Assembly (NCBI GenBank): GCA_038087875.1
Contig: JAXLNO010000114.1
Location: forward strand, 62,001 to 126,000
Origin: Malacoraja senta
Lineage: Eukaryota
Direction of reading: 5' to 3'
Length of the DNA: 64,000 nucleotides
In this document: positions 1 to 11,300 of the stretch, in pieces
Numbering within the stretch: the first letter of the stretch is position 1
How the letters are laid out: every line of letters begins with the position of its first letter
The notes under the pieces: generated by a model
The model's input: only the letters and a program-made list of their open reading frames with translations
The model's database searches: none
What the model was told of the DNA's origin: nothing
Program-made: the position numbers and the translations under genes

Positions 1-24
1 CGTTCATCAGATTAATATATCGCC

Positions 25-665
25 AACTTTATGTTGGCTTTCATAGCGAGAGGATTTGAGTATAGGAGCAAATAGGTCCTTCTGCAGTCGTACGGGGCCC
101 TGGTGAGACCATACCTGGAGTATTGTGTGCAGTTTTGGTCTCCTAATTTGAGGAAGGACATTCTTGCTATTGAGGGAGTGCAGCGTAGGTTTACAAGGTT
201 AATTCCCGGGATTGCGGGACTGTCATATCGTGAGAGAATGGAGTGGCTGGGCTTGTATACTCTGAAATTTAGAACAATGAGAGGGGATCTTATTGAAACA
301 TATAAGATTATTAAGGGATTGGATACGTTAGAGGCAGGAAACATGTTCCCAATGTTGGTTGAGTCCAGAACCAGGGGCCATACAGTTTAAGAATAAGGGT
401 TGGCCATTTAGGACTGAGATGAGGAAAAACTTTTACACACAGAGAGTTGTGAATCTGTGGGATTCTCTGCCCAGAAGGCAGTGGAGGCCGGTTCACTGGA
501 TGTTTTCAAGAGAGAGCTAGATAGAGAATTGAAGATAGTGGAGTCAAGGGATATGGGGAGAAGGCAGGAACAGGGTACTGATTGGGGATGATCAGCCATA
601 ATCACATTGAATGGCGGTGCTGACTCGAAGGGCTGAATGGCCTACTCCTGCACCTATTGTCTATG
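25..665 (+). mobile_element. CR1 LINE 3' fragment (ORF2 C-terminus plus 3' UTR)
   Basis: ORF 103-390 RPYLEYCVQFWSP...EGVQRRFTRLIPG...RGDLIETYKI is the CR1 ORF2 C-terminus. It ends in the tail cctactcctgcacctattgtctat, also seen at 60236-60268 and reversed at ~17575. Confidence 0.9.
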
Positions 666-1756
666 TTGCTGTGTTTCTTCCCCTCTCTCTGACCCCAGGC
701 ACGGCTGCCTTGATGAACACACATCACGGTTCTTGGTATGTTCAAGTGCTCACGCATGTTCTTGCTACACACGTTAAAGACACGCATGTGGCAGATATGT
801 TGGTAAAATAAAGTTTCTCCCCTCTGCCCTCTTTCTCTCCCCCCTCTCTCTCTCTCTCCCCTTTTAGTTCAGAGATGCAGCGCGGAAATAGGCCCTTCGG
901 CACACCGAGTCCGCGCCAACCAGCGATCGATCTCCGCCCATGAACACTATCCAACACACTCACTCCCCCATTCCCCCCCCCTCCCTCCCTCCTCTCCATC
1001 ACTCCCATTCCCACCAGTTGAAGCTGGTTGAAGAATCTGTGTATGAAAGTCGGTTTAAAGATAGTTTTGTCTTTCTCTAAAACTTTAATCACCAATAAGT
1101 CGTGAAATATAGCTTCAAATTTTATGTGAACCTGAGCACTGCGCAGAGGGGAAAAATGTGAGTCCGAAAATGTAAAAATCTAAGCATCACCGCATAGCAT
1201 TTTGGCGAAAATAGTTTTAAAGATCCACACACATACAAGCTGAAACTTTTATAGGTTTAGAGATTTACGTTTCATTTACAGATGATAAACCAGTAACAGA
1301 CATTGTTCTGTGAATGAAGAATTTGCACAATGCTGCTGTTGTCACCATCAATCTGCAACAGGAGCGGGGGCCGCTGATGGTAAAGTCTCATCCGGGATCC
1401 TGCAGGTCCAGCTGCAATAAGCGAGTTTGGTATTCCGAAAATCGCATGGAATCAAAGGTTATTCGAGAATTTAAAAAAGCGAACGGGGTGCCTGGTAGTG
1501 GGGGAAAGCGGGGTGTAACAGCGAGAGAGAGGGGATAGATGCGAATGTGAGACAGGGGGAGAGAGTGGACCGACGGTGAGAGATGGGGGAGAAAGAAGGG
1601 GGGTGAAAGACGTGCGTGGGGAGACAAGAGAGAGAAATTTCAGTTAGACAGACAACCACTGGTAAAGCCATGGCTCGTTGCTTCTAGGAGAGTCGAGAAA
1701 ATGTCCTAAATCATGAGAATGCAACTTCAGAACCCCCTCGTCACGACCGCGCTGGA

Positions 1757-2198
1757 GATTTCCGCGGGTGCAACGATCAAATTACGTAAAGTTTGCGTTG
1801 AGTGAACTGAGTGTTCTTACCGTCCTCGCCGTACACCGGCGCTTTGTGAGAGTGATGTGAGGCATCGGTCATGCTCTGGAATCCTAGCCGGCCGCCGCCG
1901 AGCAGCGGGATCGAGGAGTCTGGTAGCTGGTGCCTCTCCACACGCCGCTGGAAAAACGGACAACTCTACTCCACGGGTCAGGCGCTGACTCCTCGACCCC
2001 GCGGCCGGCTAGGATTCCAGAGCATCGCCGATGCCTCACATCAACTCCTGATCCCCCGCTGCCTGTCCGGATAATGTGACCGACGTTGGCTGAGCTGAAG
2101 ATGGGATCCAACCACTCTCACAAAACGCCGGTGTACGGCGAAACCAGGACGGTAAGAACACTCAGTTCACTCAACGCAAATTTGTGCCCGCGGAAATC
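1757..2198. repeat. GC-rich imperfect inverted repeat (foldback)
   Basis: tttgcgttgagtgaactgagtgttcttaccgtcct...gctctggaatcctagccggccgc (~1790-1895) is the reverse complement of gcggccggctaggattccagagc...ggacggtaagaacactcagttcactcaacgcaaa (~2001-2180). The outer ends gatttccgcggg / cccgcggaaatc also pair. Confidence 0.85.
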
Positions 2199-2837
2199 CC
2201 CGCTCTCATCCATCCCAACCACGGCGCAAAAGTCTAATGTGTAGGAAGTCTGAAGGAGGGTCTTCTATCCAGAGGTCCGCGGTCGGAAGTGTCGGCCGAG
2301 GCCCGTGGACGGGAGCGGCGGTCTAGGCCTGCAACCAGCGGGGAGTGGAGGCGCCGGCCCCAGCTCGACTCTGCCTGTCCCGTCGGCGGGACGGGCAGCG
2401 TTGAGCTGGAATTGGTGCTTCTTTTCCGCGCTGCGACGGGCCTGCGGGACAGGAAGAAATGAGCTGGAGCCGGCGCCCCCTCCCCCCTTGGCCTCCCCAG
2501 ACGGGACACTCGGGAGCGGACAGGGACGAGACGAGGACGGCCCAGCGGCGGCTGCTGCTTAGGGACGAGGCGCAGGTCTGCACCCATGCAGCGGCACAGC
2601 GGCTGAGAGTGTTTATCCCGAGCGACCCATGACTTGTGCATGCGCATTCGGAATACTGAACTCGCTTATTCCCCCGTCCCCCACTGGGGGGCAGCACCGG
2701 ATATCCGGCATCAGCGCCGCGGTCGCTTAAAGGGGAGGGCGGTCGTTTAAGGGGAGGGCCGCCGTTTAAAGGGGAGGATGGGGAATCGGCCAACAATATT
2801 CCAGTCCCCAGGGCGGTGACGTTTACACTGGAGATGT

Positions 2838-2925
2838 TCACACGGTCACACTCAGTCTGGATCTGATTCCCCGCAGACTCTCCAGCTGGTTCCGTCCATC
2901 TGCACTGAACTCATTCCCCCACAGC
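2838..2925 (-). pseudogene. NLR terminal LRR exon
   Basis: Acceptor tttcag, then LWGNEFSADGRNQLESLRGIRSRLSVTV* (TGA at 2840-2838). Confidence 0.8.
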
Positions 2926-3069
2926 CTGAAACTTGTCGAGGAATAAAGAGGAAATAAACAGATGAAACAACAGTGTCAATAACAGGGACTGGGGTTAATA
3001 TTTCAACAACACCTACAGAACAAAATCCCCTGATATTTTATCACATTAAACATTAACACAAACACTCAC

Positions 3070-3235
3070 ATGATCCACTTCAGTCTCGGGTGGTTCAGTA
3101 TGAGACGGCAGAGAGCGGGGACACATCGGTCTGTGAGGGAGTTGTCCCAGGTTCAGCTCCATCAGTGAGGGGTTTGTACTGAGAGCGGAGGCGAGATCCA
3201 CGGCTCCAGAATCTGTGAGACCGACACTGTTCAGC
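3070..3235 (-). pseudogene. NLR LRR exon (frameshifted)
   Basis: ctccag acceptor and gtgagt donor. Reads LNSVGLTDSGAVDLASALSTNPSLMELNLG, then after a frameshift NSLTDRCVPALCRLILNHPRLKWI. Confidence 0.85.
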
Positions 3236-3390
3236 CTGGAGATGAGAGAGAGTGAGGGTGAGGGACACAGAGAGACAGGAGATGGTGCAAATCCCCAGTG
3301 TTTATCAGTGACACAATTACTGATCATATTAATGTTCAGTGTCAGACACCCAGTGTCTGTAAACACAATCTCTCACAGTCTGGGACTTAC

Positions 3391-3477
3391 CACAGTCTCT
3401 GTATTTTACAGTCCGGGTTCCTCAGAGCCGCAGACACCGGTTTCACTCGGGAATCTCCCAGGTCGTTGAATCCCAGT
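3391..3477 (-). pseudogene. NLR LRR exon (87 nt)
   Basis: tgtttag acceptor and gtaagt donor; encodes LGFNDLGDSRVKPVSAALRNPDCKIQRLW. Confidence 0.85.
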
Positions 3478-3602
3478 CTAAACACAAACAGACAGAGTAA
3501 GAAACAAACTGATACAAACCCCGGGCTGAGATAGATAACTTATCCCAAACGGATATTTTTGGAAACACCTCAGCGAATGATTGAATAAATCTCTGTGGTT
3601 AT

Positions 3603-3700
3603 GGTAGACAAAAGTGCTGGAGAAACTCAGCGGGTGCAGCAGCATCTATGGAGCGAAGGAAATAGGCAACGTTTCGGGCCAAAACGCTTCTTCAGACTGA
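3603..3700 (-). mobile_element. Penelope-like terminal repeat fragment
   Basis: ggtagacaaaagtgctggagaaactcagcggg...cttcttcagactga matches the terminus attached to the GIY-YIG fragment at 48595-48695. Confidence 0.65.
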
Positions 3701-3950
3701 AGTTATGAAGTTATCTGTGGTTATGTTGTTTGATGAGTTTCACCATTTATTCTCATTCCCGATGACCGGGAAATGTTCCCCGTGCAGAGAACGGCGGCAT
3801 GCAACACGAGTGACCCGGGGTAGGGGGGTAAAATAGGAGGGGTGCCCCCCGTGCACAGTGACGGCCAGCCCCATAGAAGGAGTGCTGGATGGAATTACAA
3901 AATAGTGAAACAATTTTACAGTTCAGTGTTAGCGTCAAATGGACAGTTAC

Positions 3951-5078
3951 CTCAAGTACTGACACTTGTGCAGAGCTGCAGATTATATTTGATCAAATCT
4001 CCATCTGCGAATACAATGTTCTTCTCAGCCACTCCAGTGAAGGCCATCTGACCGAACCTCAGTAACACCTCACGGGGGCTCTCAATCTCATGGCCGTGGT
4101 TTTTCAGGATGTTGTAAATAAAGCAGCAATATAGTTGGGTGATGGTCTTGGGAACTCGCTGCGGGTCCCGGTGTGTTTGTGTGAAGAAGGGGCCCAGTGT
4201 CAGGCTGAGGATCCAGCAGTAGGAGGGGTTGTAGCTCATGGTGTACAGGATCTCGTTCTCCTTCACGTGTTTGAAAATAGCTGCTGCCACCAACTGATCT
4301 TCAAAATACCTGGTGAAATATTCCTTTCATTCGTCACCAACAAATCCCAGGATTTCACCCGAGACTCTGATCTTTGCCTTTTCCAGTAAATGCAACACAG
4401 TGGTCACTAGCACTGAACACCATGGGAGCAGATTGTGCTGGATTAAACTGTAAAGACACTTTACACCGGAATTCAGGATCTGGACACTGGTGCTGAGGTT
4501 CTGTGTCTCTCCGACTGTCAGCAAAATCGATTCTACCCTTGAATTCATCCAGACCGTCGAATATAAACAGCAATCTATCTGGGTTCTTCCAGACCTTTCC
4601 TTGCATATTACCAAAGTAAGGATACTGATCCAGAATCAGTTCCCTCAGGGTTACTCTGGAGTTAATAGTGTTCAAATCCCGGAAGACAAACTGGAAGTGT
4701 TGGTATATTTTCCCTGTGGCCCAGTCATGAACAATCTTTTGCACCATTGTTGTTTTTCCGATCCCCGGGACTCCGGCCACTGATGCTGAACTCCCAGATC
4801 AGGATTTACACCAGGAAAAGCAGCTGTGGAACAATTGATCAGTCTGATTTTTTCCAGTTCTCCCCGGAGACATTCCTCTCTCCACACTTCATGGTCCCGG
4901 CCTCCCGCCAGCAGCTCATGTTCCACCATTGTCCGATCTCAAACAGTGGAGATGATTGTGAGCTGAGCGTATCGATCAAGCAGCTGGAAATCCTTAACCT
5001 TCTCCTTCATCAGGATGGTGTTCACGCTCAGTGTTTCAGTCTGTGCTCGCAGAGTCTCCTTGTGTTTCTGTTTAACAT
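3951..5078 (-). pseudogene. NLR NACHT exon, disrupted and internally deleted
   Basis: Acceptor gtgcaag, then DVKQKHKETLRAQTETL...; TGA at 4941-4939; GVPGIGKTTMVQKIVHDWATGKIY; LLFIFDGLDE; LYTMSYNPSYCWIL; PKTITQLY. Jumps from KYNLQ to LHKCQYLR followed by a gtaact donor. Confidence 0.9.
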
Positions 5079-5232
5079 CTTGCACGGGAACAGGCAGATA
5101 ATGGACACATGTTAGATGGCTCAACTCAAAACTCAACATTAAAAATTACAAGAATGAGTTCAATACCCTTCAATTAAATCAATTCAGTGACTCTCACCTG
5201 AAAGTCTTTCATGCTTTGCTTAGGGTAGTTAT

Positions 5233-5436
5233 TGTAAAGGATTGATAACGAGGCATCGTTACTTTACTATCTTTATTCATACTGGATCATTATACATTGC
5301 ACTAGCTGTACGTGGTCTGTCACAGGAACTAGAGAGCGATCTGTGGGTGGGGAGGTTGTAGTTATACTTGTGATATGGGGAGTGGTTAGTGGGTATGAGG
5401 TCACTATGTTAAAGGCACATGCATATCTCATCTACA
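5233..5436 (-). repeat. 3' LTR of Gypsy element
   Basis: tgtaaaggattg...catctaca, same sequence as 9770-9973; polypurine tract adjacent on the minus strand. Confidence 0.95.
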
Positions 5437-5505
5437 TCCTTCCTCTCCGAAACAACAGGCAAATACAAAGGTGACATGGCGACCACGGCTCATGCGCTAG
5501 GACAG

Positions 5506-7500
5506 CTAGGCAACATCGCCATAGCGGTCAGGCGGTTTGACAAGACGTCCCGCCCGGGTTCGCGTCTCGCCATCCACCCTTCCTGCAGGAGGAAGAGGCA
5601 CCAGCAGGGACAGACGAACCTGAAAGGGAGAAACGGGAGGAAACGGAAGAGACCGCGGCACCGAAACCGGAGGGGATGCGGGGCCGGGACCGGGAAGAGC
5701 GCGGGGGGGCGAGCGAGGACTAGTCGGAGTGTGATGGAGCGGAGGGGGCGAAGGAGGAGCAGAGCGAGGCATGTCAGGAATCACGGGCAGGGCAACGGCC
5801 GGACGCGAAACAGGCAGCGGGGGAGCAAAGGGATCGGCGGCAGGAGGACGCGGCTCGTGGACGAGCCGAAGGTGCTGGCGGGACCGTCGGTAAATGGTCC
5901 CAGCGTAGTCGACGAAATAGGACCTGGGCGACCCCGCAGAGCCGACGACAGTAGCGAGCTTGGAGTGACCGGGAGTGGTCTGCATACGGACTACTTGACC
6001 GGGGAAGAGGGGCGGCAGCGGGTGGCAGGACCTGTCATGGGAACGCTTTTTGGACGTCGTGCCTGAAGGCAATTCGTTTCTGAACCGCCGCAGGTGGGAG
6101 GACCGAGGGTATGAGGGAGCGCTGGGCCACCGGGAGTGGGAGCCTGGTAGCGCGAGACAGGAGCCGCTGAGCAGGTGAACCCATGGCAGGGTCGCGGGGA
6201 AATGTTCCGAAGGCTGAGGAGGGCCAGGTGGAAGTCGGAGTTAATGCCACCACACTGTTCCAACAAGTGCTTAGCACTGCGGACCGCGCGCTCGGCCAAA
6301 CCGTTGCTTTGCGGGTACTCCGGGCTGCTTGTGAAATGGCGAAAGTTCCATCTGGAAGCGAACGCTTTAAACTCGGAGCTCGTGAACTGGCTGCCATTGT
6401 CCGACTGCAAGCTTGCCGGGGGGCCAAAAGTGCTAAAGTGAGGGTACAACCTGTCGATGACGGCCGAAGAGGTCACGGAAGGCAGCCGGTCAACCACAAA
6501 CCAGCTGGAGTAGGAGTCAACGAGTACCAGGAAATGTTTGCCCCGCCACTCGAAAATGTCTGTGGCGAGCGCCATCCAGGGCAGTCCGGGCGCGGGCTGC
6601 TGTAGAAGCGGCTGACGCTGCTGATGGGGGGCGCGGCTGTTGCAGGTGGAACACGATGAGACCCTCTCCCGGATGTACTTTGCCATATCCGGCCAATAGA
6701 ACTGGCTCTTGGCGAGAGACAGAGTGGCTTCGGCCCCAGTGTGACCGCGGTGTGCGACTTGAAAATATCGGTCGTGCAGCGCCGCGGGCATGACCACTTT
6801 GTGACCCTTCACCACCACGCCATCGTGCAATACGAGCTCGTCCCGAATCAGGAAGTAGGGCACGGCTCCAGCCGGCAGTGCCGAGCGACGGTCAGGCCAG
6901 CCCTGCCGGATGACGGCAGACAGCTGTTGCAGGGCAGGGTCGTTGGTAGTGTGTTCAACCAGGGACTTCATCTGTGGCGAGGGGACGAAGTTCAATCGTA
7001 GTACTAGTAACTCAGACATTTCGTATTGGTGGCGAGCAGTGGACGTCAGCGGGGCGCGAGACAACGTGTCGGCTACGAACATGTCCTTCCCCTTACGATA
7101 AACCACCGTGAACGTGAAACGCTGGAGCTGCAGCAGCATGCGCTGCAGACGTGATGAGGCCACATGGATTGGTTTGTTGAGGATGGTAACAAGTGGTTGA
7201 TGGTCAGTTTCAACGGTGAAAGTGTTGCCCACGATGTAGTCCCGGAATTTGGAGCAGGCAAACACCACGGCCAGTAGCTCCTTCTCAATCTGCGCATAGT
7301 GCTGTTCGGTGGCGGTCATGGTGCGGGACGCGAAGGAGACAGGCAGCTGCAGGCCGTCATGGACCTGGAGGCAGGCGGCACCGAGTTCGAATTGAGAGGC
7401 GTCGCAGATGAGGACAATGGGACGCTGCAGGTCAAAGAACTTGAGCGTGGGTGTGCTGATCAGCTTAGACTTAAGAATGTCGAATGCCTTCTGATGATTG
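5506..7500 (-). CDS. Gypsy RNase H and integrase (frameshifted near 6190)
   Basis: YAQIEKELLAVVF, TDHQPL and ADTLSR (RNase H); H-H-C-C zinc motif; TDIF, SDNGSQF and SNGLAERAV (DDE core); C-terminal TRAGRLVKPPDRY. Confidence 0.9.
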
Positions 7501-8902
7501 GGTAACCAAAGCCAGGAAGTTCCTTTTTGATCAGATCCCTCAGGGGAGCGCTGAGCTCGCTGAGGTCGGGGATGAACTTCCCCAGGTAGTTTACCAAGCC
7601 GAGGAAGCGTTGCAGGCCTGCCACGTTAGTAGGAGGAGGCATCCCTGAGATGGCAGCCGTTTTCTGCAGGTCTGGCTTTAGCCCCTCAGCGGTGAATACA
7701 TGTCCAACATAGGTGACCTCCGAGACGCGGAATCGGCACTTCTTGGGGTTCAGTTTCAAGTTGATTTGCCTGGCCCGGTCCAGGATCAGGCGGAGGTTGA
7801 CATCGTGTTCGGCAACATCCTTACCGTAAACGAGGATGTCGTCAACAATTATGGCGCAAGGCAGATCTGAAAACAACTGTTCCATGGTTCGCTGGAATAC
7901 CTCGCTGGCAGAGTTGATTCCGAAGGGCATTCGGAGGAACCGAAACCTTCCGTAGGGGGTGGCGAAGGTTGTCAAAATGGACGACCGCTCGTCCAGTGGT
8001 ATCTGCCAGAATGAGCTTTTGGCATCGAGGACCGAAAAAACCGTTGCTGGACCAACCTGTGCAGCGACGTCTTCCACCGTTCTCATAGGGTAGTGAGGGC
8101 GCCGAATGGCCAGGTTGAGGTCTCTGGGGTTGATGCAGATGCGTATCTCACTCATGTCCTTTTTAGCAGCAACAACCATGGAAGAGACCCAGCTGGTGGG
8201 CTCGACGACCGCCTTTAGGACGCCCATTTGTACCATACTGTGTAGGGTCGCCTCCACTTTGTCCCTCATGGCGAAGGAAATACGGTGAGGAGCATGGACC
8301 ACAGGAACGATCTTATGGTCCACTTCAATCTTGTAGCTGCAGGGTAGTTTGCCTAGCTTATCATCAAAGCGGTCGGGATAATCGGCCAGCGGGTCCATAA
8401 GAGCCTGCACGTGGTGGATGTCCCGGTGGAAGGACACCAGTCCCATTTCCTGGCATGCCTGGATCCCCAGCAGGGGAACGCATCTTCGATTGAGGAGAAA
8501 GAAGGTGAGGGGCCGAGTGGCCTTCAGTATCTTACAGTGTAGTGCGGCCTTGCCCACAGGAGTAAGGATCTCCCCACCGTAGGCATGCAGGTTTGAGCTC
8601 TGAGAAAATATCTGCTCATTAGTTCTTATCTGGTTGAAAAGGGATGTTGACATAACATTGGTAACCGCCCCAGTGTCGATTTTGGCCCTGAAGGTCGAGT
8701 TGTTCACAGTGACTTGCACAGAAGGATCCGTTATCATAGCAGGTGCGTCCACCACAGTAAACAAGCTAGTCTCCCCCTGAGAGTTAGATGTAGGAACAGA
8801 ATGTTCATCGGAATAGTGCTGGGAGCTGAGCTCATTATCCGACTGTAGAAGGTTGTTTAAATTTTGCCTTCGAGCAGCGACAGGCTTCCCACGGGACGAC
8901 AA
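7460..8902 (-). CDS. Gypsy aspartic protease and reverse transcriptase
   Basis: KIDTGA protease motif; LDAKSSFWQI, RMPFGI, IVDDIL and FLGLVNYL RT motifs. Confidence 0.92.
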   Translation of the reverse strand: MSSRGKPVAARRQNLNNLLQSDNELSSQHYSDEHSVPTSNSQGETSLFTVVDAPAMITDPSVQVTVNNSTFRAKIDTGAVTNVMSTSLFNQIRTNEQIFSQSSNLHAYGGEILTPVGKAALHCKILKATRPLTFFLLNRRCVPLLGIQACQEMGLVSFHRDIHHVQALMDPLADYPDRFDDKLGKLPCSYKIEVDHKIVPVVHAPHRISFAMRDKVEATLHSMVQMGVLKAVVEPTSWVSSMVVAAKKDMSEIRICINPRDLNLAIRRPHYPMRTVEDVAAQVGPATVFSVLDAKSSFWQIPLDERSSILTTFATPYGRFRFLRMPFGINSASEVFQRTMEQLFSDLPCAIIVDDILVYGKDVAEHDVNLRLILDRARQINLKLNPKKCRFRVSEVTYVGHVFTAEGLKPDLQKTAAISGMPPPTNVAGLQRFLGLVNYLGKFIPDLSELSAPLRDLIKKELPGFGYPIIRRHSTFLSLS

Positions 8903-9675
8903 GCTGCAGCAAAATGGTTCAACTTATTGCAGGAGTTGCAATTCTTCCCGAGAGCAGGGCATACATTGAACTGATGAGTTGTGAAGTTGCAATTAGGGCA
9001 CCTTTGCTGGGTGCCTCCCTTTGTAGCAGCACCGAACCCCGGGGCGCGTCCCCCTCGAGCAGTGAGCGACACCGGGGGTCGCGACTGGGGTGCGTTCATG
9101 AGATAGCTAGGAGTGCTGGCAAAGTTGATCGCCTGTTCAGCTGGCGGCGCTGCCGCGGAAACAGCGTCAGCTAAGCGAGTAGCGTGCATGGCATCGGCCA
9201 AGGTCAAATCCGGCTTGCGAAGTAGTTCGGACCTGAGCTTCTCATCACGGAGACCGTAAACCAGTAGGTCCCTGATGACATTATCGGGGGTCCACGTCTC
9301 GAGGCGGCAGCGCCTGCCCAGGTCCCGCAGCGCAATGACATAGTTCTCAGCAGATTCCCCAGGGAGCTGACGCCGCGCGAACAGTTTAAAACGTTCTAAA
9401 ATGCAATTAGTCGGAATGTCACAAATAGCGTCAAACTTAGCCAACAGACATACCGGGTCCCGAGCAGTTTCTCCAGCAGCGTAGACGAAGAAGTCAGAGC
9501 GAGTCAAGGCGTCGGGACCAGCCAAGTTGAGAAGCAGAGAGGCTTTGAGAGCGGGGGTGGCGCCAGGATGGGCAATCGTGAAATAGTGTTCAAAGTCACG
9601 TTTGAATATGTCCCATCGGAGGGCGATGTCGAAATCAAAAACGAGCGCATCGGGCTTACGGGCAGAAGAGGCCAT
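8857..9675 (-). CDS. Gypsy Gag with twin Cys/His knuckles
   Basis: FARRQLPGESAENYVIALR, IRDLLVYGL and CPNCNFTTHQFNVCPALGKNCNSCNKLNHFAAAC. Confidence 0.85.
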   Translation of the reverse strand: MASSARKPDALVFDFDIALRWDIFKRDFEHYFTIAHPGATPALKASLLLNLAGPDALTRSDFFVYAAGETARDPVCLLAKFDAICDIPTNCILERFKLFARRQLPGESAENYVIALRDLGRRCRLETWTPDNVIRDLLVYGLRDEKLRSELLRKPDLTLADAMHATRLADAVSAAAPPAEQAINFASTPSYLMNAPQSRPPVSLTARGGRAPGFGAATKGGTQQRCPNCNFTTHQFNVCPALGKNCNSCNKLNHFAAACRPVGSLSLLEGKI

Positions 9676-9769
9676 AACAAGAAACAGTTGGGGGGGAAAC
9701 AAAAAAATTGGGTCAAAATTAAATGATAAACCGATAAACAGGAGGCGCAAGGTAAGTTATTTGACACCA

Positions 9770-9973
9770 TGTAAAGGATTGATAACGAGGCATCGTTACT
9801 TTACTATCTTTATTCATACTGGATCATTATACATTGCACTAGCTGTACGTGGTCTGTCACAGGAACTAGAGAGCGATCTGTGGGTGGGGAGGTTGTAGTT
9901 ATACTTGTGATATGGGGAGTGGTTAGTGGGTATGAGGTCACTATGTTAAAGGCACATGCATATCTCATCTACA
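9770..9973 (-). repeat. 5' LTR of Gypsy element
   Basis: Same sequence as 5233-5436; followed on the minus strand by the PBS-like TGGTGTCAAATAAC. Confidence 0.95.
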
Positions 9974-10282
9974 GTTATCATTAACCATTTCACACAGGTG
10001 GTTAATGACTAGTTCACATTAACTTTGAAATGTCACCGATCTGTGTCTGTCTTCAATAGTCACACCAATGGCGGAATGGCCCACTTTTGCACCTATTTTT
10101 TCTGTTTTCCTGGTTTCAGGGCTTTTACAAATGTTGGCATCGATGGAATGGGTGTATTACGGGGAACGGAAATGGGCCACAGAGCAATAAAGAACCATTT
10201 TGCAGTAAAGAGCACAATTAAATCTAATTTTTAGACAGCAACTTCCAATGTGCATTGAATTCATCGAATAAGTCGCTCCAGT

Positions 10283-10693
10283 CTGTGGTCAACACTCCCA
10301 CCCATGTGGTGGTCCGCTGCACTGTAGGCTCTTCTGGTATGTGGACAACACTCCCACTGCGTGGTGACCCGCAGCACTGCAGGCTCTTCTGGTATGTGGA
10401 CAACACTCCCACTGCGTGGTGATCCGCTGCACTGCAGGTCCGCAGATATAATTGGCCGGGCATGCAGTACAGCGGATCACCACACGGTGGGAGTGTTGAC
10501 CACAGATCGGATGGGCCTGCAATGCAGCGGATCACCACACGGTGGGAATGTTGTCCACATATCAGACGAACCTGATCAGACGAACCACAGATCTGACCAC
10601 AGATCAGACGAACCTGCAGTGCAGTGGATCACCACATGGTGGGAGTGTTGACCACAAACTTGAAAGGCCTGCAGTGGAGCGGATGACCACACG
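10283..10693. repeat. Tandem ~55-60-bp units arranged as an inverted (foldback) array
   Basis: About 3 copies of acactcccac..gtggtgatccgctgcactgcagg, then 3-4 reverse-complement copies tgcagtgcagcggatcaccacacggtgggagtgttgaccaca. Confidence 0.8.
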
Positions 10694-10810
10694 TTTTTTA
10701 AATTATACAAATACTTTTATTTCAAAAAAAGAAATATAACATACAGACTATTAACTCAATCAAAGACTGCGTATATTGATAGTTTACAAACGTTCATCAG
10801 ATTAATATAT

Positions 10811-11090
10811 GCTCATGTTCCACCATTGTCCGATCTCAAACAGTGGAGATGATTGTGAGCTCAGCGTATCGATCAAGCAGCTGGAAATCCTTAACCTTCT
10901 CCTTCATCATGATGGTGTTCACGCTCAGTGTTTCAGTCTGTGCTCGCAGTCTCCTTGTCTGTTTCTGTTGAACATCTTGCACGGGAACAGGCAGATAATG
11001 GACACATGTTAGATGGCTCAACTCAGAACTCAACATTAAAAACTACAAGAATTAGTTCATACCCTTCAATTAAATTAATTCACTGACTCT
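10811..11090 (-). pseudogene. Duplicated 5' part of the NACHT exon plus upstream intron (copy of ~4914-5194)
   Basis: Near-identical sequence. ORF 10836-11036 matches ORF 4939-5139, including the same premature TGA. Confidence 0.9.
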
Positions 11091-11300
11091 TTGGTTATCT
11101 ACCTCTTTGGTTACACTCGGACTATCCTAGATCGGACTTTCCTCGTTATACTTTGCACTAAACGTTATTCCCTCATAGTTATCTATACTGTAAATGGCTC
11201 GATTATAATCATAGATTGTCATTCTGCTGACTGGATAACACGCAACAAAAGCTTATCACCGTACCTCAGTATATATGACAATACACTAAACTAAGCTAAA
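11091..11300 (+). mobile_element. LINE 3' tail fragment (Rex1/Babar- or L2-like)
   Basis: Resembles 62290-62410 and ends in short ctaaa-type tail repeats. Confidence 0.45.

Larger units (their letters stand above)
5233..9973 (-). mobile_element. Ty3/Gypsy (Mag-like) LTR retrotransposon, full length, young
   Basis: 204-bp TG...CA LTRs at 5233-5436 and 9770-9973 that appear identical; 5-bp TSD GTTAT (5228-5232 / 9974-9978); PBS-like TGGTGTCA; PPT GGAGAGGAAGGA; domain order gag-PR-RT-RH-IN. Confidence 0.97.

Noticed and set aside
2234..2841. Overlapping GC-rich ORFs downstream of the NLR stop
   Set aside because: No domain similarity recognised; stop-poor because of GC content, probably 3' UTR or flank.
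5419..6066. 215-aa Arg/Gly-rich plus-strand ORF
   Set aside because: Antisense shadow of the GC-rich Gypsy integrase tail.
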